A DNA stretch of 60,709 bases, counting the filler. It is 6 parts of 6 records of this genome, joined end to end, with 100 filler letters (N's around TTAATTAATTAA, not from the genome) between each part and the next. Parts side by side here need not be neighbours in the genome. Positions count along the whole stretch, not along the records: positions 50,991 to 60,709 come from SRR31156797_4670; 5 more parts are not named here. The stretch is one strand, 5' to 3'. The translations under genes were made by a program, and so were the position numbers. Position 1 is the stretch's first letter; every line of letters begins with the position of its first letter. The notes below the pieces were generated by a model, which did no database searches, was not told the origin of the DNA, and saw only the letters and a list, made by a program, of their open reading frames with translations. Positions 50,991-60,589 of the stretch are shown here, one piece after another.

Positions 50991-51108
50991 CAGAGCCGCC
51001 AAGACAGTGCGTCCCCGCGCGGAGCAAGGGAACAAGAAGATCGATGCCTAAATGGATGTTAATTCCTAAGTCAGCAACATTGAGTCAGAGGCTGGGAACA
51101 AGATAAAC

Positions 51109-52002
51109 CTAACCAACGGCATTTTCCATTTTAACAGGAAACCAGACCAGCCCCTGGTATTTTAGAAAATCATAAATAACCCGCAGACATTCATCAGGAC
51201 GTTCCATGGGTATAAAATGGCCGGCGTCATCAAATCCCTTTATTTCGGCCCCGGGAAGGCATGATTGAATTTTTCTCGCTACGGAAGGAAGGAATGTGGT
51301 TGATTTCTTTCCATAGATTACCAAGGTTGGAACCTTGATCCGAGGCACGTATTTCCAGATGTCAGCGGGCGCCGAAGCCAGGCAAAGGCCTTCCCATAAC
51401 GGGTCGCAGGCCAGTTTAATGCCGCCGTTTTCGCCGGCGCCCATTCCATGCTCCAGGTAGGCTTGTATAAATTCGTCCCTCCACGGCCTGAGCGGCCCTT
51501 TCCTGGTAAATTCTTCCGTAGCGGTCGAGGCATCCGGCCAATGGCTTCTTTTATTTACAGCCCTGTTTACAAACGGCGTATGCATGGCCAGGCCGGATTT
51601 TTGGGCCATCCAAACCCAGGGTCGCCATGCCGGCGGCATAATCCCCGGTTCGATAAGAATTAAGGCCGAAACCAGATCCGGTCTGCGGGCCGCAACCACA
51701 AGACTGACTGTGCCGCCCATGGAATGGCCGATGGCGATTACGGGCCTATCCAGACTATCCAGGAAAGCCTCAAGTTCGTTATAAAATATATCCCAGGATC
51801 TTAATCCGTTGGAACTCGGCGACGTTGGCGACTTTCCATGGCCCGGGAGATCCAGGCCGATCGGATGTACAAGCGCCTTTAGTTTTTCCGCAAAAGGGGT
51901 GTAAACGCCCGCTGCCAGACCAATGGCATGGGCGATATGAACCAGGGGGCCGTCGCCGCCCCAGTCAATAATATGTGAGTTGTTATCGGGACATCCAGGC
52001 AT
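51109..52002 (-). CDS. alpha/beta hydrolase
   Basis: DLPGHG, GHSMGG nucleophile elbow, AGHFIPME; GGAG RBS before ATG 52002. Confidence 0.9.
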   Translation of the reverse strand: MPGCPDNNSHIIDWGGDGPLVHIAHAIGLAAGVYTPFAEKLKALVHPIGLDLPGHGKSPTSPSSNGLRSWDIFYNELEAFLDSLDRPVIAIGHSMGGTVSLVVAARRPDLVSALILIEPGIMPPAWRPWVWMAQKSGLAMHTPFVNRAVNKRSHWPDASTATEEFTRKGPLRPWRDEFIQAYLEHGMGAGENGGIKLACDPLWEGLCLASAPADIWKYVPRIKVPTLVIYGKKSTTFLPSVARKIQSCLPGAEIKGFDDAGHFIPMERPDECLRVIYDFLKYQGLVWFPVKMENAVG

Positions 52003-52170
52003 AAGTTCTGCTCCATGGGACAGCTTATAGTCGGCGTTACTAATAAAGAGCAAAAACCGGCTGTTTTGTGACCGGCATAATGACCGGTTAAAGAAAAATT
52101 GAAGTACACCGTCGGTAAGAAATTGCTATTATTGCTAAACAGAGTCCATTCACACCAATTAATAAATTTC

Positions 52171-52217
52171 TTGACTGGTCGTCCAAATAAGGCTACATTT
52201 TCCATCAAATGATGGAA
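52171..52217 (+). promoter_or_regulatory. sigma70 promoter with overlapping operator-like palindromes
   Basis: TTGACT-17-TACATT; TTCCATCA-AA-TGATGGAA at 52200-52217. Confidence 0.65.
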
Positions 52218-52490
52218 TCAAAGGTTGGAGGACTGGTTATTCGGCGTAATTCCTCCAATAAGCCGTCGCCTGAACTATCTATTTAGAAGAAATAAAAACT
52301 ATGGCGGGACGTATCGGGAAAAACTTACCGGTCGGCTGCCCGCCTGATTCGGTTTCAGGATTGGTCTGAAGGACAGCTATTAACCTGAATGTCCGGGCGA
52401 CATCCATTTACATAAGGATGTCGTCCGATCATTCCATCCCGATCAAGGCTTTTCAATTGAATTGAAAAGGGTAAAAACCTGGATCGAGCT
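52206..52490 (+). ncRNA. candidate structured leader RNA upstream of acyl-CoA dehydrogenase (unclassified)
   Basis: At least six stems plus an 8-bp long-range closing helix, read directly from the sequence (see findings). Confidence 0.5.
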
Positions 52491-52506
52491 ATTTTAGGAG
52501 TGGAAA

Positions 52507-53652
52507 ATGGAAATTTTGCAGTATTCCGAAGAGCATAATATTTTTCGTGAATCGGTGCGCAAGTTTATAGAAAAAGAAATCGCGCCGTTCGGAGATCAAT
52601 GGGAGGAAGACGGCATTGTTCCCCGGGAAATCTGGAAAAAGATGGGCGACATGGGTTTTCTGTGCATGGACGTGCCCGAAGAGTACGGGGGACTGGGCGC
52701 GGACTGGCTTTATTCCGTTATTCTCCAGCAGGAATGGCCCAAAAGCGGCATTGGCGGAGTAGCCGCATCCCTGCACAGCGACATAGTCGTTCCCTATATC
52801 ACGGCGTTTGGCACGGAAGAACAAAAGCAGAAATATCTGCCGGGCTGTGTATCAGGAGACATAATCACGGCCGTGGCCATGACCGAGCCGGACGTGGGCA
52901 GCGACCTGGCCGGTATGAAGGCAACGGCCAGGGAAGACGGCGACCATGTCATACTCAACGGTCAAAAAACATTTATATCCAATGGAATTCTAAACGATTT
53001 GGTTATAGTGGCGGCCAAGGATCCGGCTGTAGACAACCCCGTCGCCGCCGTTAACCTGTGGATTGTTGAGGACGGCACGCCGGGGTATGAAAAAGGCCGT
53101 AATCTAAATAAAGTCGGGCTGCACAGCCAGGACACGGCCGAACTTTATTTCAGCGACTGCAGAATACCCAAAGCCAACCGCCTGGGGGAACAACCCGGCC
53201 AGGGTTTTTACCAGTTAATGGAAAAACTCCAGCAGGAGCGGTTGACCGTGGCCATAGCCACCCAGGCAACCGCGGAATTGATTCTGGAGCAGGCTATCCA
53301 ATATGTTAAGGAACGAACGGCCTTTGGAAAGCCTATTTCCAAGTTTCAGAACACCCAGTTTGAAATCGTGGAAATGGCCACGGAAATAAAGTTGGGCAAA
53401 ACTTTTGTCGACAAACTCGTAGCCGATCACATCGAAGGTAAAAATGTGGTGGTGGAAGTATCCATGGCCAAGTATTGGGTCACGGACATGGCCTGCCGCG
53501 TGGCCGACCGTTGCCTGCAGCTATACGGCGGATACGGATACATGGAAGAATATCCCATTGCCCGGGCCTGGCGGGATCTGCGGGTTAGCCGCATTTTTGC
53601 CGGCACGAATGAAATAATGAAAAACATTGCCGCGAAGTTCATGGGTTTGTAG
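52507..53652 (+). CDS. acyl-CoA dehydrogenase (long-chain/LCAD-like)
   Basis: AMTEPDVGSDL, NGQKTFISNG, QERL, GGYGYMEEY, IFAGTNEIMK. Confidence 0.95.
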   Translation: MEILQYSEEHNIFRESVRKFIEKEIAPFGDQWEEDGIVPREIWKKMGDMGFLCMDVPEEYGGLGADWLYSVILQQEWPKSGIGGVAASLHSDIVVPYITAFGTEEQKQKYLPGCVSGDIITAVAMTEPDVGSDLAGMKATAREDGDHVILNGQKTFISNGILNDLVIVAAKDPAVDNPVAAVNLWIVEDGTPGYEKGRNLNKVGLHSQDTAELYFSDCRIPKANRLGEQPGQGFYQLMEKLQQERLTVAIATQATAELILEQAIQYVKERTAFGKPISKFQNTQFEIVEMATEIKLGKTFVDKLVADHIEGKNVVVEVSMAKYWVTDMACRVADRCLQLYGGYGYMEEYPIARAWRDLRVSRIFAGTNEIMKNIAAKFMGL

Positions 53653-53670
53653 GATTCGCGAAGTTAAAAT

Positions 53671-53698
53671 AAAAGAGGGCCGTAAATGCGGCCCTCTT
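53671..53698. terminator. bidirectional terminator between convergent genes
   Basis: AAGAGGGCCGT-AAA-TGCGGCCCTCTT; near-copy at 54934-54960. Confidence 0.8.
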
Positions 53699-53723
53699 GT
53701 GGTTTGAATTATTAAGGAATTAT

Positions 53724-54296
53724 CTAAGCCCGGAATTTTCTCCTCAAGCCCGCCAGCCCCAGGATGCCGGAACCAAGGAGCCAAATGGCGCCGGGTATGG
53801 GAATCGGGGCGCAATTCTTAATGTTAAAGCCGACTATCATGTCATTGAAGTCCTTGTCACCGCCGTACTCCTGGTCTTCAATGCATATATAGTAGTCAAA
53901 ACCGCCATAATTTTCATAAATTTTAAAATGGTCGAATCCATCAGCATTACGCGAGGTCTCTGAATAAAATGTCCCCTCAGGCGAAATTAGATAAAATCCT
54001 AAAAGTACATCAATTCCGTCGGTATTAATTCGGGTCTCTGTAGTTCCCGGGCCATCAGAGCCGCTGAATATTACAGAGTCAATTGATGGATCATTAGCAT
54101 CGTAGATGCCGAAAATGTTGTCATTCGCCCAGCCTGCCAGTTCAAGTTCGAGCTCCCACGTACACTCCCCACCGGGACAAATGTTTATGGTTTCCAAGCC
54201 CGACTCTTCAATTGGCGCCGCCCAGGCGCCAAGTGGGGATAAAATTATCCCAATTGCCAAAATGGTTGTAAATAAAAGGATTTTCTTCATGCCCAT
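53724..54296 (-). CDS. PEP-CTERM (VPLPA-type) surface protein with DUF4114-like domain, paralogue 1
   Basis: Signal peptide; IEDQEYGGDKDFNDMIV; IPIPGAIWLLGSGILGLAGLRRK. Confidence 0.9.
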   Translation of the reverse strand: MGMKKILLFTTILAIGIILSPLGAWAAPIEESGLETINICPGGECTWELELELAGWANDNIFGIYDANDPSIDSVIFSGSDGPGTTETRINTDGIDVLLGFYLISPEGTFYSETSRNADGFDHFKIYENYGGFDYYICIEDQEYGGDKDFNDMIVGFNIKNCAPIPIPGAIWLLGSGILGLAGLRRKFRA

Positions 54297-54933
54297 CCCC
54301 TCCCTTTTTTGAAAAAAAAATTTAATACTGTTCCGGTTTTTTCGTACACACGATATCGATATATGTAGTTAACGTGTTGAAAGAAAATAAGAAATATAGC
54401 CTGTCGCCAATATGTCTCAATTATCGGATTTTGTTCTTCAACGGGACCGGATAGTGAATAAAAATTTTCTTTCAATGACTCGTTTTCATAGTATATGATT
54501 ATTCAGCATTAACAAGGACGCCGCGTTATGGCGTCATTCCCTGAGAATGGTGAACATCATTTTATGAAATATTAACCGGCTGTCTCACAAAATAATGCTT
54601 ATTTGTGATTAGCCAAACCATGGAAAATAAATTTTTTGATCAAATTAGGCGTGCACTTTTCCCACTCTACAACCAATTAAAGCATATCTCATAATAGATA
54701 GTAAATACGAATAATGTCTTATTTTTTATTTTTTAATACGTATTTTTTCTACGCAAAAGATAGATCCGGCTTTTCATTTCATGTTTTCGCTGCAATCCAA
54801 TTATTAAGGATAAACCCGCCAAACTTCCTTCTTCCACAACCGGCGCGAAATGAATTCATTTTATATGCTTACAGATTGAAATTGATTATCAAATGCTTGC
54901 CGACCAATACCGGAACTCTTTCGGGTCCGCCCC

Positions 54934-54960
54934 AAAAAAGAGGGCCGCAAATGCGGCCCT
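54934..54960 (-). terminator. terminator after PEP-CTERM paralogue 2
   Basis: AGGGCCGC-AAA-TGCGGCCCT with U-tract on - strand. Confidence 0.75.
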
Positions 54961-54987
54961 GATGTTATTTGAATTGAGATTGGGTTT

Positions 54988-55575
54988 TTAAGCCTGGAAT
55001 TTTCTCCTCAGGCCCGCCAGACCAAGGATGCCGGAACCAAGCAGCCAGACGGCGCCGGGTATGGGAACCGGATTGCAATTTTGAGTAAGATTAAAGCCAA
55101 CCACCATGTCATCGAAGTCCTGGTCGCCGCCGCCAAAGATATCTTCTATGCATATATAATAGTCATAACCGTTCATATTTTCATAAATCTTAAAATGGTC
55201 GAACCCATCAGCATTACGTGAGGTCTCTGAATAATAGGTATGACCATTTCCTTCCGTCGTAGTAAGATAAAATCCCATGAGGAAATCATCTGAGCCAAGA
55301 TAAGTTGCGCTCCATGTAGTTGTCGGGGCAGCAGAGCCGCTGAAAACCTCAAGCAAACCGGGTGTTGTCAAATCAGCATCGTAGAAGCCGAAAGTGTTTG
55401 TACCCGCCCAGCCTGCGTTTTCAAGTGTGAGCGTAAACGAACACTCCGCGCCGGGGCAAATGGTTACGGTTTCCAAGCCCGACTCAGTAATTGTCACCGC
55501 CCAGGCGCCCATTGGGGATAAGATTATCCCAATTGCCAAAATTGCTGTAAATAATTGGATTTTCTTCATGCCCAT
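54988..55575 (-). CDS. PEP-CTERM (VPLPA-type) surface protein with DUF4114-like domain, paralogue 2
   Basis: Signal peptide; IEDIFGGGDQDFDDMVV; VPIPGAVWLLGSGILGLAGLRRK. Confidence 0.9.
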   Translation of the reverse strand: MGMKKIQLFTAILAIGIILSPMGAWAVTITESGLETVTICPGAECSFTLTLENAGWAGTNTFGFYDADLTTPGLLEVFSGSAAPTTTWSATYLGSDDFLMGFYLTTTEGNGHTYYSETSRNADGFDHFKIYENMNGYDYYICIEDIFGGGDQDFDDMVVGFNLTQNCNPVPIPGAVWLLGSGILGLAGLRRKFQA

Positions 55576-56133
55576 TCCTTCCCTTGTTTTATAGACGTTA
55601 TAATAGATTAAAAACTGTTTTCAAATTTGTTAATTTAGTAGTCTTCCCACTGTATGTTTGATTAAAGCATATTCCATTATATGGAGTAAATACGACTTTC
55701 GTATTAATTATTAATTAATTGTTGCGTATTTTTATACGTAATTTTTGGAATTCAGGCGCCTTTTTGCCTTTTTCCCTGCAAATCACTTCAAATTCGGGTA
55801 TGCATCGGCCGCCCCCTTTTCCTGTATCAACGAAAAAAGCACAATTTTTGCTTCCTATAATTCCCATCAAAAACATTAAAGCGTTACTTCAGGTTTACCG
55901 ATAGTAATAATTGAAGGAAGAAACTGTATGAATGCAATAAAAATGGTTTTCACCTGTCGGAAAGGAAAGGACAAAGGACCTGTTCGGATGTGGATGCCGG
56001 ATAGGAAAATATTTCTCACAGAGCACTCAAGGTTTATTTCACAAAGACCTTCCTTAACTGACACAACCCAATTTTGTGTTTATTTTCAGCCAGATGAGAA
56101 ACCACCATTTTCCACCTCCGAGCTTTACCATCA

Positions 56134-56149
56134 TGGCACATGAATTGCT
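56134..56149 (+). promoter_or_regulatory. sigma54 (-24/-12) promoter of the flg operon
   Basis: TGGCAC-ATGAA-TTGCT, an exact consensus match, 40 nt before flgF. Confidence 0.9.
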
Positions 56150-56189
56150 TAATACGGGTTTGAGAAAAACCTGAGAAAAGGATTAGTAA

Positions 56190-56897
56190 ATGCTCGTCGG
56201 CCCTTATCCATATCACACGGCTCATACCTACCTGGGCAGCATGGCCCAGGAATATCGCCTTAATATCCTGTCCAACAACATGGCCAACATCAACACGCCG
56301 GGTTTCAAGAAAGAAGTGCCCGTGTTTGATTCCATGATGCAGGGTTACATGATGCAAAGGACGGAGACGGATTTCAGCCAGGGACAGTTTGAACAAACAG
56401 GCGGCAAGCTGGATTTGGCCATCAGCGGGCCTGGTTTTTTCCAGGTGGAAACCAGAGAAGGGATTCGTTACACCCGCGCCGGGTCTTTTACCTTGAACGC
56501 CCTGGGAGAAGTCATGACTCCTGACGGACACCGACTTGCCGGCGCGGGCATTGTTCCAGAAGACGCCCGCGAAATTATTATCGACACTGACGGCAGAATG
56601 ATGGCGGACGGCGACGAAATAGGCCGAATTGAACTATTTGAATTTGAGGACCCGAAGAACTCCCTGACCAAGGCGGGCCATAATCTGTTTGCCTTGAAAC
56701 AGGGAGGGGAGCCCGGGCGGCCGGCTGATGAAACCACGATTGATCAGGGATACCTGGAAAAAGCCAACGTAAATGCCGTGGATACTTCCATAAACATGAT
56801 AGACACCATCAGAACCTATGAAACGTTCCAGAAAATCGTTCTGACCATGCAAGAGATCGACAGCAAAGTAATAAATGATGTCGGAAGATTAGGTTAA
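56190..56897 (+). CDS. flgF: flagellar basal-body rod protein FlgF
   Basis: SNNMANINTPGFK, YTRAGSF, LEKANVNAV; precedes flgG. Confidence 0.9.
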   Translation: MLVGPYPYHTAHTYLGSMAQEYRLNILSNNMANINTPGFKKEVPVFDSMMQGYMMQRTETDFSQGQFEQTGGKLDLAISGPGFFQVETREGIRYTRAGSFTLNALGEVMTPDGHRLAGAGIVPEDAREIIIDTDGRMMADGDEIGRIELFEFEDPKNSLTKAGHNLFALKQGGEPGRPADETTIDQGYLEKANVNAVDTSINMIDTIRTYETFQKIVLTMQEIDSKVINDVGRLG

Positions 56898-56921
56898 TTT
56901 ACCCATTAGGAGAATTAAGCC

Positions 56922-57704
56922 ATGATGAGAAGCCTTTGGACCGCGGCCACAGGCATGACGGCCCAGCAGACAAACCTGGATGTTATTTCCAACAACCTGG
57001 CCAATGTGAATACGACCGGATTTAAAAAGAGCCGGGCTGAATTTCAGGATCTCCTTTACCAGACGCATCGTTATCCCGGGACGGAGACCGCGGGCGGAGA
57101 GCAGATACCGACCGGCATACAGGTTGGTATGGGAACCCGCCCCATAGCCATTCAGAAAATGTTCAGCCAGGGCGACTATGTGAAGACGGACGGCAGTCTC
57201 GACATGGCCATTGAAGGCGAGGGCTTCTTCCGGATATTGAGAAACGGCGAGGAATACTATACCAGAAACGGCGCCTTCAAGATGAACAGCGAGGGGACAA
57301 TTGTCGATGCCGAGGGAAATCCCATGGATCCTGAATTTGTGGTGCCTGAGGGAACCGTGATTGTTTCCGTGGATTCGGGCGGCAACATATCCGCGCTGGA
57401 TGACGCCGGAGACGAATTGGCCACGGGCAGAATCGCCCTGGTTCGTTTTGTCAACCCGGGCGGCCTGTATGCCATGGGCAAGAATCTTTTCATGGAAACC
57501 GAGGCATCGGGCGACCCCGTGGAAGGGGATCCAGGAGAAGACGGATACGGCAGCATCGCCCAGGGATTTTTGGAAATGTCGAACGTGGATACGGTTACGG
57601 AAATGGTGCAAATGATCGTAGCCCAGAGAGCCTATGAAATTAATTCCAAGGCCATACAGACATCGGACGAAATGCTGAGTATAGCCAACAACCTGAAGAG
57701 GTAA
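56922..57704 (+). CDS. flgG: flagellar basal-body rod protein FlgG
   Basis: NNLANVNTTGFKKSRAEFQDLLYQ...QRAYEINSK. Confidence 0.97.
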   Translation: MMRSLWTAATGMTAQQTNLDVISNNLANVNTTGFKKSRAEFQDLLYQTHRYPGTETAGGEQIPTGIQVGMGTRPIAIQKMFSQGDYVKTDGSLDMAIEGEGFFRILRNGEEYYTRNGAFKMNSEGTIVDAEGNPMDPEFVVPEGTVIVSVDSGGNISALDDAGDELATGRIALVRFVNPGGLYAMGKNLFMETEASGDPVEGDPGEDGYGSIAQGFLEMSNVDTVTEMVQMIVAQRAYEINSKAIQTSDEMLSIANNLKR

Positions 57705-57706
57705 TA

Positions 57707-58705
57707 ATGCTGATGAGTAACAAAAATAGATTTAAAAGGCTTTTTCGACTCAGCATCTTAATAATTCCGATATTGCTGCTAATGGTTATTTCGACAAATG
57801 CATGGGCGACGGATATTGAGGTCAAGGTTGTCAGACAGGCGCAAACAGCCGGCGAAAAGGTATTTTTGAGAGATATTGCGATCATAAAGGGGCCGGACTG
57901 CGCATTAAAGAACGATCTGGGAGACATCTACATTACCAAGGCGCCCGGACCGGGGAAGACGATAAACATTCGCAGATCCTACCTGGAGCACAGGCTGCTG
58001 ACATCCGGCCTTCCTCTGGACCAGGCCCAATGGGTATTCCCGGTTATGACGGTTGTAAGCAGGAAATCCATAACAATCACAGAAATCTGGGTCCGTGAAA
58101 AAGTGGAGGAATATCTTTCCGGGATCGAACCTTATGCCGGCGGTAAATGGGAGCTAATCAGCGTGCGGACCGGAACCTTGCCCAAACTGCCCACAGGTCA
58201 ATTAACCTACAGGACCATATCGAATTCCGCTACAAAACCCGGTTTTTACAATTTGACCATTTTCTTGGCCGTTAACGGCAAGGAAGCCGACCGGGTAAGG
58301 GTTTCGGGAAAAGTCGACCTTACCGTCAAGGCCGTGGTTGCATCAAAACGACTGGAAAAAGGCCGGACCATAGGGCCGGGAGATCTTAGGCCCGTGATGA
58401 TGAGCGCATCCAGGCTGCTTAACGGCGCCCTGACCGATCCTTCCCTGGCGGTAGGAAAAGTAGTCAAACACAGAATCCAGGCCGGCGAACAGGTAAGAGA
58501 GAGAGACTTTGACCGCAAAAGAGTGATCAAGCGCGGAGACGTTGTCAATATAGTGGCCAAATCCGGGAATTTAAAAGTTTCCTCCACAGGAAGGGCCAAA
58601 CAATCGGGAGCAGTGGGCGATACAATATCCGTGGTCAACAGCAGCAGCAAAAGAACCGTAATCGCCAAAGTCGTTAGTTCGGATACGGTCATGGTGACGT
58701 TTTAA
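57707..58705 (+). CDS. flgA: flagellar P-ring formation chaperone FlgA
   Basis: Signal peptide, SAF domain, GAVGDTISVVNSSS; synteny. Confidence 0.9.
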   Translation: MLMSNKNRFKRLFRLSILIIPILLLMVISTNAWATDIEVKVVRQAQTAGEKVFLRDIAIIKGPDCALKNDLGDIYITKAPGPGKTINIRRSYLEHRLLTSGLPLDQAQWVFPVMTVVSRKSITITEIWVREKVEEYLSGIEPYAGGKWELISVRTGTLPKLPTGQLTYRTISNSATKPGFYNLTIFLAVNGKEADRVRVSGKVDLTVKAVVASKRLEKGRTIGPGDLRPVMMSASRLLNGALTDPSLAVGKVVKHRIQAGEQVRERDFDRKRVIKRGDVVNIVAKSGNLKVSSTGRAKQSGAVGDTISVVNSSSKRTVIAKVVSSDTVMVTF

Positions 58706-58726
58706 ACTCTCGCAGGAGAATGAAAG

Positions 58727-59458
58727 ATGAAAAATTCCATCATAATAATAACAATACTGGCCGTAATAACAGCGGTTTTAACATCCTGCGGCGGATCGAC
58801 GCCCAGGCATCCCAGCACGGCCGCCAATGTTGAAGCAGCGCTTCGCACTCCGCCCGTCCAACTTTACGACTCCCCCGCTCCTAAAACTGAAGGTTCGCTA
58901 TACTCGGACGATTTGCAGCCCAATCTTTTTTCCGATCTCAGGGCCGCCAACATCGGCGATATAGTAACCATTAATATTGTTGAAACTTCAAAAGCATCAA
59001 AGAATTCACAGACGCAACTGGACAGAAAAAACGAGGTGGACGCAACCATAAGCGCTTTACTTGGATTTGAAAACTACAATCACCCTGTTATCAACAACGT
59101 TGCCCCTAATTTCAATATAGGCACAGGCATAGACGCTAAATATGAGTCAAAGTTCAAAGGCACGGGCAAGACCAGCCGGAACGAAACCATGACGGCGCAG
59201 ATTTCGGCCAGGGTTATTCAGAAGCTGCCGAACGGCAACCTGGTAATACGCGGTTCAAGGGAAATAACGGTTAATTACGAAAAGCAGTATATAACGATCC
59301 AGGGCGTGGTCAGGCCCCAGGATATATCTCCCGACAATACAATTCTTTCTACTTACATTGCCGACGCCAAGATTGATTACACGGGCAAGGGCGACGTCAC
59401 CAATCAGCAGCGCAAGGGCTGGTTGTCGCGCCTGCTTGATTACATCTGGCCGTTCTAA
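58727..59458 (+). CDS. flgH: flagellar L-ring protein
   Basis: Lipobox LTSC, RAANIGDIVTI, LPNGNLVIRG, GWLSR...WPF. Confidence 0.96.
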   Translation: MKNSIIIITILAVITAVLTSCGGSTPRHPSTAANVEAALRTPPVQLYDSPAPKTEGSLYSDDLQPNLFSDLRAANIGDIVTINIVETSKASKNSQTQLDRKNEVDATISALLGFENYNHPVINNVAPNFNIGTGIDAKYESKFKGTGKTSRNETMTAQISARVIQKLPNGNLVIRGSREITVNYEKQYITIQGVVRPQDISPDNTILSTYIADAKIDYTGKGDVTNQQRKGWLSRLLDYIWPF

Positions 59459-59476
59459 TTTTTTTCTGGAGGAATC

Positions 59477-60589
59477 ATGATGCACCGCAGGATAATCCAA
59501 TTAACCATTATAACGATAATCATATTATTGGCGTCCAGCCAGGCCATGGCAATCAGGATTAAAGACATAGCCACGTTTGAAGGCGTCAGAAACAACCAGA
59601 TTATAGGTTACGGCCTGATCGTGGGACTTCAGGGAACGGGCGACAAGTCGGGAACCACATTTACGACCCAAACCCTGGTCAACATGCTCAAAAGAATGGG
59701 CATCACCGTTCCGGCCAAGCAGGTCAGGGTAAAAAACGTGGCCGCGGTCATGGTGACCGCGGACCTGCATCCGTTTGTAAAACCAGGCAGCAAGATAGAC
59801 GTACTGGTTTCTTCCATGGGCGACGCCAGTTCTTTACAGGGGGGGACCCTGCTGACAACGCCTCTCAAAGGAGTGGACGGCAAAATATACGCCATAGCCC
59901 AGGGGCCGATCAGCATTGGCGGTTTTGTGATCGCGGGCGCCGCGGCCGGCGTGCAAAAGAATCATCCCACGGTGGGTCGCATCGTCCAGGGAGCCACGGT
60001 TGAAAGAGAAGTCCCGATAAGGTGGCAAGGCAAGGACGACATGACCATAAAGCTCAACCAGCCTGATTTTACTACAGCTGAGCGCATGGCGGCCCTGATC
60101 AAGGCTACGCTGCCGACATCCAACGCCAAGCCGGTTGACGCCAGCACTGTAAAATTTGACGTACCGGGTAATTACAGGGAGAACCTGGCGGTGATGGTGG
60201 CCAGGCTTGAACGTCTGGAAATACAGCCGGATGCAATCGCCAAGGTCATTATTGATGAAAGAACGGGAACCGTGGTTATGGGTGAAAACGTCCGCATATC
60301 CACTGTGGCCATCGCCCACGGCAGCCTTTCGATTCAGATACGGGAGGGCGCAGCGGTTTCCCAACCCGGTCCGCTGGCGCCCCGGGGCGCTGAGACGGTT
60401 GTAACGCCGACGACCGAGGTTAGCGTTGAAGAGGGCGGAGACAAGTTGATGATGATCGAGGCCGGTCCGACCATAAACGACGTGGTCAAGGCCATAAACG
60501 CCATTGGGGCTACTCCTCGGGACCTGATAATGATTTTCCAGGCCATAAAGGCCGCCGGCGCTCTGCATGCGGATTTGGAGATTATCTGA
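59477..60589 (+). CDS. flgI: flagellar P-ring protein
   Basis: RIKDI...GYGLIVGLQGTGD, KNVAAVMVTA, KAAGALHADL. Confidence 0.97.
   Translation: MMHRRIIQLTIITIIILLASSQAMAIRIKDIATFEGVRNNQIIGYGLIVGLQGTGDKSGTTFTTQTLVNMLKRMGITVPAKQVRVKNVAAVMVTADLHPFVKPGSKIDVLVSSMGDASSLQGGTLLTTPLKGVDGKIYAIAQGPISIGGFVIAGAAAGVQKNHPTVGRIVQGATVEREVPIRWQGKDDMTIKLNQPDFTTAERMAALIKATLPTSNAKPVDASTVKFDVPGNYRENLAVMVARLERLEIQPDAIAKVIIDERTGTVVMGENVRISTVAIAHGSLSIQIREGAAVSQPGPLAPRGAETVVTPTTEVSVEEGGDKLMMIEAGPTINDVVKAINAIGATPRDLIMIFQAIKAAGALHADLEII

Noticed and set aside
52295-52350. Cobalamin riboswitch
   Set aside because: GGGAA...CCGG...CTGCCCGCC is only superficially similar; no GCCACTG/ACTGT or B12-box elements found
55837-55852. 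Second sigma54 site (AAGCACAATTTTTGCT)
   Set aside because: It lacks the invariant GG, and a perfect site exists at 56134
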